Shown: positions 30,587 to 41,850 of the stretch, one piece after another
Layout of the letters: every line of letters starts with the position of its first letter
Position numbering within the stretch: the stretch's first letter is position 1
Notes under the pieces: model-generated
The model's database searches: none
Told to the model about the DNA's origin: nothing
The model's input: only the letters and a program-made list of their open reading frames with translations
Assembly: GCA_963719315.1 (NCBI GenBank)
Contig: CAVRBU010000004.1
Coordinates: forward strand, 320,001 to 384,000
Direction: 5' to 3'
Length of the DNA stretch: 64,000 nt
Source: an uncultured Planctomycetota bacterium
GTDB taxonomy: Bacteria > Planctomycetota > Planctomycetia > Pirellulales > Lacipirellulaceae
Made by a program: the position numbers and the translations under genes

Positions 30587-31912
30587 TCAATCGCCGCGCA
30601 GCTTCAGTCCCTGAATCGTCAGCTTCTCGCGCACCTCATTCAGACTCGTAACGCCGAAGTTCTTGCACTCCAGCAAATCGTCGCCGGTGCGGCGCAGCAA
30701 TTCGCCGATCGTCGATAGACCGAGCCGCACCATGCACTTGCGGGCCCGCACCGAGAGGTTCAAATCGGCGATCGGTCGATCCAACATGGCCCGCTCGTCG
30801 GCCGAAAGTGTTTCGGGATCGTAGACCGGCTCCTCTTCGCGAATCTGGTCCGCAAACTGCCCCAACTCCAGACCCTTCGATTGCAGCATGTCGCTAATTT
30901 CGACGAGCGATGTCTCGCCGAAGTTCTTGCTCGCCAGCAATTCCTGCTCGCTCGTTCTCGTGAGATCGCCGAGCGTCATGATGCCCATCTTCTGCAGGCA
31001 ATTGCGGCTGCGGACAGAAAGTTCGAAATCGGTGACCGGAATGCCGAGCACCTGGCTGAGCCGATCCTGGCGGCGCCGAGCGTCTTCGTCGTAGTACATG
31101 TCGCGGGCGGCGTCGGCGTCCTTCAGAAACAGCCGAGCTCGCGGATGGTCCGGAAACACCTCTAATATCCGCCGGTAACACTGACGCGCCTTTTCGTAGT
31201 GCTGCATGTCTTCATACAGCACGCCGAGGTTGAGCAGCGTGCCGAGGTTCGTCGGAAACTGTGTCGCCGCGCGTTCGTACAGGTCGCGGGCATAGCTATC
31301 GTTCCCGTGACGATCGTTTTCGAGCGCCAGGCCAAACAGGGCTCCGGCGTGACTGCCGTCCGCGGCCACGGCCCGCTCGAGTAGTGCGACCGCTTCGGTC
31401 GGATTGCCGCCCAGCGCAGAGACCGTGGCGGCTCGTTGATACAAATACTCCGCTGTCTGTTCGACCGCGCCGGACAATCGATTGAGCGCGTCCATCGAGT
31501 CCTGCGCGCGACCGTTGTACCGCAGCGCTTCGGCCTTCGCGATCGCGACTTGATCGCGCGAGTAACCGGCCTTCTCGGCCGACTCGTAGGCCGTCAGCGC
31601 GTCCGCATATTTGTCGAGCGCCAAATACGATTTGCCCAAGTAGAAATGCGTAAGCGCGCCGCCATCGCTGTGGGACAGCATTTCGATCGCGTCGCTGTAC
31701 CGGCCGAGCAGGTACAGGCACACGCCCAACCGGGCCGACGTTGCCGGACTGCGATTCGGCTGATCTTCCAACTCGCCTGCCGCTTCCCGCAGTTCGCGAT
31801 AGTTCGAATAACTCTTGCCGATCGCGCCAACGATCTGCACGATCTCGTTCGGCCCGAACGCACTCGGCGACAGGACGATTTGCTTTACGACGGATTCGGT
31901 GCCAATCGACAT
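30587..31912 (-). CDS. TPR protein with two RNA polymerase alpha C-terminal domains
   Basis: TPR repeats, then ELSVRSRNCL...KNFGETSLVEI and NLSVRARKCM...KNFGVTSLNEV. Confidence 0.9.
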   Translation of the reverse strand: MSIGTESVVKQIVLSPSAFGPNEIVQIVGAIGKSYSNYRELREAAGELEDQPNRSPATSARLGVCLYLLGRYSDAIEMLSHSDGGALTHFYLGKSYLALDKYADALTAYESAEKAGYSRDQVAIAKAEALRYNGRAQDSMDALNRLSGAVEQTAEYLYQRAATVSALGGNPTEAVALLERAVAADGSHAGALFGLALENDRHGNDSYARDLYERAATQFPTNLGTLLNLGVLYEDMQHYEKARQCYRRILEVFPDHPRARLFLKDADAARDMYYDEDARRRQDRLSQVLGIPVTDFELSVRSRNCLQKMGIMTLGDLTRTSEQELLASKNFGETSLVEISDMLQSKGLELGQFADQIREEEPVYDPETLSADERAMLDRPIADLNLSVRARKCMVRLGLSTIGELLRRTGDDLLECKNFGVTSLNEVREKLTIQGLKLRGD

Positions 31913-31956
31913 ACTTCGACGCTCCTCAAGTCCACGATTCGTTTGCGGTATACGAG

Positions 31957-32030
31957 AGCCAGCGGTCGGAGTCGAACCGACAACCCCCGCATTACGAATG
32001 CGGTGCTCTGCCGATTGAAGCTACGCTGGC
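31957..32030 (-). tRNA. tRNA-Thr(CGT)
   Basis: GCCAGCGTAGCTTCAATCGGCAGAGCACCGCATTCGTAATGCGG...GGTTCGACTCCGACCGCTGGCT. Confidence 0.95.
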
Positions 32031-32141
32031 AAAGGGTCATTTTCGGCGAATTCGCCATTCTATCGCCGATTGGCCCGGCCATCAATCGCGTTGCGGCCTG
32101 CCCCCGGATACAATAGTCGGCCAACCCGAGGAGCAACCCAG

Positions 32142-33398
32142 ATGTGGCGAAAAACTTGTTATTGCATCGTGATCCTGGCCGTGGTGCCTACCCTCGCCGC
32201 GGCCAAGATCGACCAGCGGCCGATTAACGTAAGAGTGGTGCCCGCTTTCCCCTCCCTGCAATGGCCCGATTGGACCCGCGGATTGGATGAGGGCAAACCG
32301 CAAGACCCGCGACCGCTTCTCATCATGGGCACCGGCGACGGCACGAACCGCATCTTTGTCGGCTCCGAATACGGCACGATCCACGTTTGGCCGAACGACC
32401 CGAACATCAAGGAGATGCAAACGTTCATCGATATCCGCGACCGGGTGCAGTACGACGACAAGCAAAATGAAGAAGGCTTCCTGGGCCTCGCGTTCCACCC
32501 AAAGTTCAAGGAGAACGGACAGTTCTTCGTCTACTACACTGCCAAACCGACGCCGGAGAATCCGCACCTCTCCGTAATCTCGCGGTTCAGCGTTTCAAAA
32601 GATGACCCCAACCGCGGCGATCCGAACAGCGAGGAAGTCATCATGACGATCCCTCAACCGTTTTGGAATCACAATGGCGGCACGCTCGTTTTCGGACCGG
32701 ATGGCTACTTATATGTAGGATTGGGTGACGGCGGTCTCCGAGACGACCCACACGGCAACGGCCAAAATCTCAAAACACTGCTCGGCTCGATTCTCCGCAT
32801 CGATGTCGATCACAAAGACCCCGGTCTGGGCTACGCCATTCCTAGAGACAATCCTTTCGTCGGTTGCAAGGACGCCCGCGGTGAAATCTGGGCGTATGGA
32901 ATTCGCAACGTCTGGCGAATCGCATTCGATCGCGCGACCGGCGACCTGTGGGCCGGCGAAGTCGGCCAGGATACCTGGGAGGAAATCGACATCATCACCC
33001 GCGGCGGAAACTATGGCTGGAACCTGCGCGAGTCTATGCACCCATTCACGCCCAAAGACAGCCCGACTCCCCAAGGCAGTCCGCCGCGGCCCGACCTCAT
33101 CGAACCGATTTGGGAATACAACCACAGTCTCGGTAAGTCGATCACCGGCGGCAGCGTGTACCGCGGCAAACAAGTGCCCGAACTCAGCGGCGCGTACATC
33201 TACGCCGATTACGTAACGGGCCAGATCTGGGCCATCTGGTACGATCTCGACAAAAAGCAAGTCACCGCCAACCGCACGATTCAGGAAAAGGGCCTCCCTG
33301 TCCTCTCGTTCGGCGAAGACGATCAGGGCGAAATCTATTTCCTTACCCAAGCCGGCGGCATCTACAAATTCGCATCGCCAAACGCAGAAAAGAAATAA
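32142..33398 (+). CDS. PQQ-dependent glucose/sorbosone dehydrogenase family protein
   Basis: GFLGLAFHPKF, NHNGGTLVFGPDGYLY, YGIRNVWR and GGNYGW. Confidence 0.92.
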   Translation: MWRKTCYCIVILAVVPTLAAAKIDQRPINVRVVPAFPSLQWPDWTRGLDEGKPQDPRPLLIMGTGDGTNRIFVGSEYGTIHVWPNDPNIKEMQTFIDIRDRVQYDDKQNEEGFLGLAFHPKFKENGQFFVYYTAKPTPENPHLSVISRFSVSKDDPNRGDPNSEEVIMTIPQPFWNHNGGTLVFGPDGYLYVGLGDGGLRDDPHGNGQNLKTLLGSILRIDVDHKDPGLGYAIPRDNPFVGCKDARGEIWAYGIRNVWRIAFDRATGDLWAGEVGQDTWEEIDIITRGGNYGWNLRESMHPFTPKDSPTPQGSPPRPDLIEPIWEYNHSLGKSITGGSVYRGKQVPELSGAYIYADYVTGQIWAIWYDLDKKQVTANRTIQEKGLPVLSFGEDDQGEIYFLTQAGGIYKFASPNAEKK

Positions 33399-33419
33399 AA
33401 AAGAGGATAACCTCTTTGG

Positions 33420-33804
33420 CTAATCCCTAGCCTTAAGTATCGGCAAAAACGCCGGCGCCTGCTCCGCCAGCCGCGATCCGAGCCTCTCGGTACAATCGCA
33501 TTCGCCGAAGGCCCACGGATCGCTGCCGTTTTCGTCGCGGCAGTTCCGCCGCGTATGAGCGTCTTGCACCTTCACGAGATCAAAATACTCTTCCCAATAA
33601 GGCCGCTCTTCTTCCAGTGGCACGTTGCAATAGCACACTTCCACCCAACGCGCAGTGTCATCATTAAAGAGGCGAGCCTCCCGCATATTGCGCAAGTACG
33701 CATCCCCCGCCACCGAACCTGCCCCCCAACGTGCCGCGCTCGATCGCTTCCAACAGCGCCTGCTCTTTTCCCGGCTTCACCCGTCCACGGACCAAATATC
33801 GCAT
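33420..33804 (-). CDS. Cys-rich hypothetical protein (extra G in a homopolymer near 33725)
   Basis: MRYLVRGRVKPGKEQALLEAIERGTLG joins SVAGDAY...WVEVCYCNVPLEEERPYWEEYF. Confidence 0.6.
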
Positions 33805-33921
33805 GAGCTAATTCTTGCGTCACTCAGTTTCATGGCAACCCGCATGTCGCTCTGCGGCTTAGTGATAGCAATCAACTTCGGTTATAATTGCCCGTTGACG
33901 CCAACTCCACGCGAGGCTGCC

Positions 33922-34746
33922 ATGACAACTATGCCCGCCACTCACCTCGACACCCCATACTCACTTGACACCGCTGTCATACAGCGATTCCAAAACGACG
34001 GCTTCGTCCGCCTTTCAAACGTTTTGAGCCAGGAAGTGTTGGCCGAGTTCACGCCGGAAATCACGCGGATGGTCGACGAAGGCAATCGCTTGAAAGACGT
34101 CCCGTTCGAAGAGCGCACGCTCTACGACCAGGCTTTCATCCAGGTGATGAATCTCTGGACGCGCAACGAACGCGTCCGCGAATTCGCGTTCAGCAAACGG
34201 CTGGCCCGCATCGCCGCCGATCTCATGGGCACACGCGGCGTGCGGATGTGGCACGATCAGGCGCTCTACAAAGAACCCTCCGGCGGCTTCACGCCGTGGC
34301 ACGTCGACCAACAGTATTGGCCGATGGCCAACCCTCATTCGGTCACTGCCTGGATTCCGCTCCAACCGGTGCCGATCGAAAAGGGCCCGCTCTGTTTCGG
34401 CCGCGGCAGCCACCGCAAGCGCATCGGCCACGACCTCGAAATCAGCGCCGAAAGCGAGCAGCGAATTCGCGATGCCGTTCGCAAAGAAAAAATCGACGAG
34501 GTGCAAGAGCCCTACGCGCTGGGCGACGTCAGCTTTCACCTCGGCTGGACTTTACACCGCGCCGGGCCCAACACCACGAACGACATCCGCCGCGTGTTCA
34601 CGATCATTTATATGGACATCGACATGCGTCTCGCGCCGCCCAAGAACAAGAACCAACAATTAGACTGGGAGACCTGGACCCCCAGCACCCAACTCGGCGA
34701 AATCATGGCCGACCCGCTGAACCCCATCCTCTACGAGCGCGACTAG
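33922..34746 (+). CDS. Phytanoyl-CoA dioxygenase (PhyH) family protein
   Basis: FQNDGFV, TPWHVD (HxD), VTAWIPL and LHRAGPN..R. Confidence 0.9.
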   Translation: MTTMPATHLDTPYSLDTAVIQRFQNDGFVRLSNVLSQEVLAEFTPEITRMVDEGNRLKDVPFEERTLYDQAFIQVMNLWTRNERVREFAFSKRLARIAADLMGTRGVRMWHDQALYKEPSGGFTPWHVDQQYWPMANPHSVTAWIPLQPVPIEKGPLCFGRGSHRKRIGHDLEISAESEQRIRDAVRKEKIDEVQEPYALGDVSFHLGWTLHRAGPNTTNDIRRVFTIIYMDIDMRLAPPKNKNQQLDWETWTPSTQLGEIMADPLNPILYERD

Positions 34747-34866
34747 TGCTTTGTCACAGCTAAAAATGGGGTTGGGCGCATCAGCCGCAGGGCGCTAGCC
34801 CCGGGTTGTGCCGCTCCAACCGGGGGCTAGCGCCCTGCGGCTAATCCCAAAATCAAGACAAAGCAC
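34746..34866. mobile_element. IS630-type MITE with an internal palindrome
   Basis: CTA|GTGCTTTGTC...GACAAAGCAC|TAG ends, with an internal long hairpin AGCCGCAGGGCGCTAGCC...GGCTAGCGCCCTGCGGCT. Confidence 0.8.
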
Positions 34867-34892
34867 TAGCTCACCGCTTGCGTTTTACCGCC

Positions 34893-36281
34893 TCACCGCC
34901 GCCGCTCTCGCAACCGCGCCGCCAAATCCGCCACCCGCGGATCACGATCTCGAATCGCGATCTGCCACGCGGCTTCCACGAGAGACTTGTCGTCCGACGT
35001 TGCCATCACCGTTACCGCGGAGAGGCGCACGTCGGCATTCTCATCCTCTGCCAGTAGCAGCAGCCAGGGCCGTGCGTCCACACCGGGCTCGGTCAACACG
35101 CTATCGACGACCCGCATCCGCGTTGCCAAATTGTCCGACAGATATTGTTTTATGACTCGCGCCGGCAACCGCCGAAATCCGCGAGCGGCGAGATCTTCCT
35201 CGATTTCGAAGCGTTGGCTCACGCTCGCATCGCGCCAACGTTCGAGCAGCGCCCGCGTTTCCTCAGCAGAAGACGCCGAATCATCCACCCCTTGTTGTTT
35301 GGCATCAAGCTTACGGCCAAGAGGCGGCTTGGCGTCGGTGGCCGACTGCTTTGTGTCACGCACTTTTGCAGTGACCGGCGCTGCCGGCAAAATGCGGTAC
35401 ATCGGTAGCGACCAATCCGGTCGCCACGTCGGATCGTCCGGCGACAGCTTTCTCTCGTTTGAACCAAGATCGCCCAGCCCATCCATAGAAGCTTGACCGT
35501 CGTCGCTTCGATTGACGTTTTTCGACCGCAGCCCCGCATCGTTCGCCGCTGGCGGTTGGAGAGGCTTCGATTCGCTTGGCCCTGAAGCGTCGGAGTTCGT
35601 CCCCACATCATGCATCACCGGCTGCGAAGGAAATTCTGAAAAATCGTGTTCCAGCCGGACTTGCTGCGACTCGCGGCCATCTATCTCGGCCGCCGGCGAA
35701 GCGATTTCTTTTTTTGGCGCCTCGTCCGCCGGCTCGGCACGGCCCGCGATCGGCGCGGCCGAGGGATTAGCTTTCTCCACTACCGACATGATCTCATCAC
35801 AATGCAGGGCCACCATCGGAGTTTTCTTCGCCGGGCATTTGTTCGCCACCCGGACGATCTTCCGTGTCGCGCTCGACAGCCATGGATAGTCGCTTGGTGG
35901 AAACGCATGTCGCTGTGCCGCTAGCGCGGCGGCCAGCTCTGTCACCTGCCCGGCGACACTATTCACACGCTGCTTCTTATCCACCTGCCGTTGCCACAAA
36001 CCCAGCATGCGGTTGATTGCCACCTGTGCGGTGTCGGCCGTTGCGTGCTCGTCCGAAGCGGCCGCTTCCGCAAGGATCGACAACGGCGGATTCGGTATCG
36101 CCGCCAACTGGCGCACGGCCGTTGTCGCCTCGACTTTCTCGCCGTGCGCAACCTGATCCGCCAGGTCCGCAATGACATCGGACCGCTGCCATGCAGCTAG
36201 CCCGACCACCGACAGAAACCCGATCACTACTACCAACGGCAACGTATAGAGAGTTACACGACGCTTCGATGGTGCAAGCAC
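34893..36281 (-). CDS. Membrane-anchored HEAT-repeat-like protein
   Basis: N-terminal TM and HEAT-like DENADVRLSAV and DRDPRVADLA. Confidence 0.65.
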   Translation of the reverse strand: MLAPSKRRVTLYTLPLVVVIGFLSVVGLAAWQRSDVIADLADQVAHGEKVEATTAVRQLAAIPNPPLSILAEAAASDEHATADTAQVAINRMLGLWQRQVDKKQRVNSVAGQVTELAAALAAQRHAFPPSDYPWLSSATRKIVRVANKCPAKKTPMVALHCDEIMSVVEKANPSAAPIAGRAEPADEAPKKEIASPAAEIDGRESQQVRLEHDFSEFPSQPVMHDVGTNSDASGPSESKPLQPPAANDAGLRSKNVNRSDDGQASMDGLGDLGSNERKLSPDDPTWRPDWSLPMYRILPAAPVTAKVRDTKQSATDAKPPLGRKLDAKQQGVDDSASSAEETRALLERWRDASVSQRFEIEEDLAARGFRRLPARVIKQYLSDNLATRMRVVDSVLTEPGVDARPWLLLLAEDENADVRLSAVTVMATSDDKSLVEAAWQIAIRDRDPRVADLAARLRERRR

Positions 36282-36597
36282 ACTAAGTCTCCAGCAGTAT
36301 TCCTTCGAGATGAGGGGGCGGCATTGTCTGTGGACAACCGCCCCGCAAGCAAGATCAATCAACGTCCGCCGCCGACCGGCAGCACGCGCGACAAATACAT
36401 CTGAAACCTGCGCAAATCATGGTCCGAAGTCCGGCCGATAGCTGATGACCGATAGCTAATAGCGCCGCCCCGATGCCGATCACCATTTTTACTGACGCCA
36501 AGTCCTTCCGCCGTCCGAATTATTTATCGGATCGACAAAGTTTGACGGCGCGACAGCAACCACGCCGGCCGAACGCGTCGGATTTGGGGGGATTTCG

Positions 36598-37531
36598 ATG
36601 ATGTGGGTTGATCACGCTATCGGCGCGGCGCGCGCAAGTCCGCTCGTTCGGCATCCGGCCGGCATTGTGGCGTCGCGGTGCTTCTGTCGATCGCGCTTGG
36701 CAGTCTCTTGCAAGCAGCGCCGCCAAGTTATGACGGATCAAACACCACCGATGCCACGTCGAGTCGCAGTGTGCGCGATGAAGCCGTGCGCCTGATTCCC
36801 TGGAAGCAGATGTCTCCAGCGAATCGCAAGACTACGCAATCCATCATCAACAATGCCAGCATCTACCGCCGCCTGCCAACGCGGGTCGTCGACTGCGACC
36901 CCGACCTGTTCACGTTCCTGTTGCAACACCCCGAAGTGGTGATCGACGTGTGGCGCATCATGGGCGTCAGCCAGGTGGCGCTCAATAGAGCACCGGACGG
37001 CGTTTACCACGGCACCGACGGCGCCGGCACCACCGGCATCGTGCGTTACTTGTTCAGCAATTGGGGCCAGCAATGCAGAACATGGCCGTCGTATATGCCG
37101 AGGGCGCCTATAGCGGCGCCCCGTTCGTCGTGCCGCTCAAGGCTCAGTCGATCATGTTCGTCCGCTCCAGCGCCGTTCGTGAAACAAACGGCCGGAGTTA
37201 CATCACCGTGAGGATGGATTCGTTTGTCCGCGTCGAGCAGCTCGGCGTCGAGATCATCGCCAAAACGGTCCAACCCTGGATCAGCAAAACGGCCGACCAG
37301 AACCTCATCGAAACGATGACGTTCGTGAGCAATTTTTCGCGCACGGCGGAAAAAAACCCATCCGGCATGCAACGGCTGGCCACGCGGCTCAACTCTGTCG
37401 ATGAGCCCACGCGCAACGAACTCGTGGCGCTCTGTTTCCGCACCGCCGAACGCTCCGCACAGCGTAACCAGCCCACCCGCACCGGCGCGATCCTGACCCA
37501 CCGCGCCGACATTGCCGCCAACGACCGTTAA
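36598..37531 (+). CDS. Hypothetical secreted protein (split by apparent frameshifts)
   Basis: ORFs 36678-37211 and 37061-37531 read as one protein across about 37065. Confidence 0.55.
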
Positions 37532-38394
37532 CGCCGCCCACGCCCGCTTCGCAAAGTAAGCAGCCCACCGCTCGCCAGCAGCGTTAATGCCGCCAATGAC
37601 GGTTCCGGCACCGAAGATGGCGACAACAGTGACGCGGACCCAGCCGCGAACATCGCAGCCTCGTTGTCCGACGCGATGAGCGCACTGCTGACCAGCGATT
37701 TCAGGCTCGACGATGTCCCGCCACTCGTTCCCCCGCCGGCAGCCACGATGTCCGATAAAAATGTTGACACGTCCGTCTGAAACGACTGGTATGTAGGCAG
37801 ATTCGTCTGCAACGTCGACTGCTTTTCGGTCAGCGAAGTAATCTTGCTATCGAGCCGATCCGTAATGTGGTTGATCCACATCGTGATTCGATCCAGCCGC
37901 GCGGCCGACAAGCTGTCGTCCGCCTGATACTTGGCTAGCAGATCATTGAAGAAAGTCACGTCGTCGTTAGCGAAGGTTATAATACTGTCAAGTCGGTCGA
38001 TACTGTGCTCGACACCACTGACAAACAGGCCATACCGGTCGTCCAGCGTCTGCGTCTTGCCGACGATGTTGTCGTATTCGGTCGAGGTAAAGAAGTCGCT
38101 GCTCCCGGCGACTCCGTCGTTGTATTGGGTCATCAAGCTATCGAACCGGTTTTCAAACCGCGTCTGGATTCGATCGGCATCAAAAAAACCCAGCCCGAGG
38201 CCGAAACCGAAGCCCAAGCCATCAAAGCCTTGGTGGTGGTCGCCGGTCCAGCCCCAGCCCCAATCGCCGACACCAAGCCCCCCAAATCCCCGCAGCATCC
38301 CAAATCCACGGTCTTCACCATGCGCGCTGGCGGGCACAGCAATAAGCAATAGGCCCAACAAGGCAAACGTCGTCGTCTTCACGTGATTCCTCAT
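37528..38394 (-). CDS. PEP-CTERM protein with a Gly/aromatic low-complexity N-terminus and a coiled coil
   Basis: Signal peptide, then C-terminal VPEPS with a TM helix and RSGRGRR. Confidence 0.8.
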   Translation of the reverse strand: MRNHVKTTTFALLGLLLIAVPASAHGEDRGFGMLRGFGGLGVGDWGWGWTGDHHQGFDGLGFGFGLGLGFFDADRIQTRFENRFDSLMTQYNDGVAGSSDFFTSTEYDNIVGKTQTLDDRYGLFVSGVEHSIDRLDSIITFANDDVTFFNDLLAKYQADDSLSAARLDRITMWINHITDRLDSKITSLTEKQSTLQTNLPTYQSFQTDVSTFLSDIVAAGGGTSGGTSSSLKSLVSSALIASDNEAAMFAAGSASLLSPSSVPEPSLAALTLLASGGLLTLRSGRGRR

Positions 38395-38603
38395 GGTTGA
38401 ATTGAGTGTGTTGTTTATTTCGGCTCGGCCGAGCCATTTGCCGCTGATCCAAGCGATATTTACACCCTTACGTTTCTTGGACCGGAAAAGTGCGACCCGC
38501 GTCACGAGAATTGCGCACGATTCCACGTAACTCGGTCAACCGACTTTAGCGAACTGAGTGCGACATAGATTACTATCCCGGATAGAGGTTTGCCCAAAAA
38601 GCA

Positions 38604-38629
38604 GGTCCCGCTCGGCAAGCGGGACCTAC
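38604..38629. repeat. REP (GTAGGTCCC family)
   Basis: GGTCCCGCTCGGCAAGCGGGACCTAC, identical to 40590-40615. Confidence 0.7.
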
Positions 38630-38825
38630 TAAAGCTTGGTTTTGTGCCCCTATTTCCATGGGGAATGCTCGTTCATTCGTGAGCGCAGTTTTTGTACGGT
38701 CGTGTGGGAGTCGCCAAGCAACAATAGCGCCGATCACGGGATTCAGCGAGAATTGTCCGCGGGGTTTCGTGCGCTCGGTTGCTAACAGCTTGTGTGGCCA
38801 CGCGTTAGAATTGGGCGCCTGGTAG

Positions 38826-40381
38826 CAGCCTGTTGAAGAAGTTGGTATTTGGTGATTTTAGGCAGCCAACGCGAGCGGTTGGTTGATGGTTGATTTTTGT
38901 CGGCCGGTCGGCGGCGTGGGCGTCAGCAGACGCTCCAGCGCGGCCAGGGTGTTAAACAACACAACATGCAAGGCGTCGGCAAGCCCGCCGTTCCCTTGCA
39001 GGCTCCTGGCCGTGCCGATTCCGAACAAGTGGCGCAGGACGAGGCCCAGATTGCGTGCCATGGCCGACGTCAGGTATCGCTTTCTCACTTTCTCGATACC
39101 ATGCAGCCACGTTCGCCGACTGCCGCCCGTCTCGCAGACGTGGGCGAAACTCCGCTCGACCTTCTCACTCCTCTCGCGCTGTAGAGCACGTCCTCGCTTT
39201 CCTTTGACCCGGCGGCGGTTGCCCGTCACCGCCCGACGCTCTTCGTCCGCTTTGTTTTTCCAATTGCGACGATGCGCGTGCTGTGGTTCGGCGATGTACG
39301 TTCGTAGACCCTCGGTGAATTCCAATTCGGCCAGCGTCTCGTTCCCCGAGTAGCCTTTGTCCGCCACCGTCTCCTCGATGTCCGCGTCGCTGTCGGCTTG
39401 AATCAAGTTGTCTTGCGCTTGGCTGAGGCTCGGGCCGATCGTGTCCACGTCGGCCGCGTTGGCGTGATAGATCTCGGCCGCCAGGATCAGCTCCGTGTCC
39501 AGATCGACGACGTGTTCGGCCTTGTAGGCCAGATGCGTGCGGCCGTCCTTCATCCGGGTGATCCGGCTGTCTGGGTCGGTTTCGCTCTGCCATTCTTGGT
39601 TCGAGACCTTTTTGTCCTTGCGCTGGCGATCGAACCGAGCAATCTCCTCGGCTGAGGGTTCGTCGCCCGGCTCGATCTGGCCTGCTTCCTGCATCAGACG
39701 CCGAACATACTCCTGCCAGTCCTCGCCCGTGTCGCGCCTGACGATGCTCTTCATGGCCGCGTCGGCCTCCAGGGTCGTGGCGTCGACGCCCACCGTCTTG
39801 CCGGCGAGCAGGCCTTGCTGCTCAGCCACCTCGAGCACGAAGCAGAATACTTGCCGATGAACCGACAACGGCAGTCGGTCGCGGACCCGCGTCAGGCTCG
39901 AATGGTCAGGCGTCTCTTCGCCGAGCGGGACGCCCAGAAATTCTCGCAAGCTGAGACTGTCGGCACACCGCCAGGCGATGCCCCGCTGCGAGCCGAGGCC
40001 CTCGAAGTAGCCCACCAACAGCATCCGGAAGTAGACGCCCGGCGGAATGCCGGGCCGCCCCATCGTTTCGTGATAGTACGGCTCACAGAGCCTTTCGACG
40101 AACTCGTCGAAGCCGGCTGCTCGCAGCAATTGATTGAGCTTGCCGTAAAACACATGCCCTTCCGACCGCGGCAACTGGTCCACCGGGATCCAGAAGGACG
40201 ACTGCTGCTCTTGGTTGCGGTGTCCCAACGCCATCCGTGATCTCCTCAATTCGGCTCTGCGGATGCCTGAGCAAAACAATAATCGCTCTTACACTGGCAT
40301 CCACGCCAACCGCAGGCGACAATTTAGCGCCATGCCGTCGTTAGCGAAAGTCTATCCAAAGGAGACTTCTTCAACAGGCTG
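38826..40381 (-). mobile_element. IS1182-like insertion sequence; transposase at 38858-40234
   Basis: 17-bp TIR CAGCCTGTTGAAGAAGT and GTAG target duplication. DUF772-like N-terminus (TPDHSSLTR), VGVDAT, VADKGY and VERSFAH. Confidence 0.92.
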
Positions 40382-40532
40382 GTAGGGGTCCCATAGAACG
40401 CGTACAAAAGTCTTTCGTTTTGCTCGACCAGCCGAGCGCGCCGCTCTGCAAATCCCGCGATGGGGCGCGCACGGCGGCGGGCAAAAGTCGGCAAGTTTGC
40501 GTTCATTGATGCACTAACCGAGCGTCTTTGAT

Positions 40533-40615
40533 GTAGGTCCCTTCTGCCGGAAGGGACCTCCGTGCGGGTGGAGTGCGCACAGCCGCTGAGGTCCCGCTCG
40601 GCAAGCGGGACCTAC
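40533..40615. repeat. REP doublet
   Basis: GTAGGTCCCTTCTGCCGGAAGGGACC ... GGTCCCGCTCGGCAAGCGGGACCTAC. Confidence 0.7.
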
Positions 40616-40617
40616 TA

Positions 40618-41850
40618 GTGGTCTGTCGTTGTTCAGTAGTTAGGGGATAGCATAACGTCTTCAGGTTTTTCACAGGAGGCGAGAAAATGAACTACAACAC
40701 GAAGTATGTGGTGCGGTTGACTGGGGAAGAGCGAGAGGAATTGGCGGCGGTGGTGGGACGAGGCAAGGTGGCGGCGGGCAAGCGTCGCCGAGCCCAGGTG
40801 CTGCTCAAGGCGGACGCCGGCGTCACGGGGTCGGGTCGGACCGACCAGGAGATTTGCGAAGCGTTGGACGTCAAGCGTGGGATTGGTGCATGACGTGCGA
40901 CAGGCGTACGTCGAGCAGGGCCTGAACGTTGCCTTGGAATGGAAGCCTAAGAGCCGGCATCGCCCTCGAAAGTTGGACGGCCAACAGGAGGCCCGCTTGA
41001 TCGCCGTGGCCTGCGGACCGGCTCCGGAAGGACGCGCCCGCTGGACCTTGCGACTGCTGGCCGACAAGTTGGTCGAACTGGAGATCGTCGAGTCGATCAG
41101 CAAGGACGCCGTGCGCAGCGCACTGAAAAAAACGAGCTTAAGCCCTGGTTGAAAGAGCAGTGGGTTCTGCCTAAGCCGCATGACGCGGACTATGTTGCCG
41201 CGATGGAAGACGTTCTGGAGGTCTATCAGCGTCCCTACGACGAGCAACGGCCAGTCGTGTGCGTCGACGAAGCCACCAAGCAATTGGTGGCCGACGTCAC
41301 GCCGCCGCTGCCGATGGAGCCGGGGCAGCCGGCGCGACAGGATTACGAATACGAACGGCGGGGAACAGCGAATCTGTTCATGGTCTGCGAACCTTTGGCG
41401 GGCCGCCGCCGGGTGAAGGTCACCGAACGTCGCGCGAAGGCGGATTTCGCCGACCTGCTGCGCAACATCGCCGACGAGCAGTACCCGACGGCGGAGAAGA
41501 TCGTGCTGGTCATGGACAACCTGAATACGCACAAGCTGTCCGTGCTGTACGCGATCTTCCCGCCTGACGAGGCGCGACGGTTGTGGGAGCGGTTTGAAGT
41601 GCATCACACCCCCAAGCACGCCAGTTGGCTGAACATGGCGGAATGTGAATTGTCCGTGCTGGGAAGGCAGTGCCTGGACCAACGGATCGATTCCCGAGCC
41701 CGCCTGGAGAGCGAAGTTCACGCATGGGAACAACCCCGCAACCAACAACCAGTCCGCGTCGACTGGCAATTCACCGCCGCCGATGCCAGGATCAAGATTA
41801 AACGACTTTATCCCGTACTAGCACCCGTCAACTAAATCGAGACAGACCAC
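40618..41850 (+). mobile_element. IS630-family insertion sequence, copy 2 (near-identical to copy 1)
   Basis: Same TIRs and CTAG target. Differences noticed: +1 A near 40874 and 3 fewer C near 41735. Confidence 0.95.

Noticed and set aside
30587..31912. Calling this gene rpoA
   Set aside because: It lacks the alpha N-terminal dimerisation domain and is not in the ribosomal protein operon.
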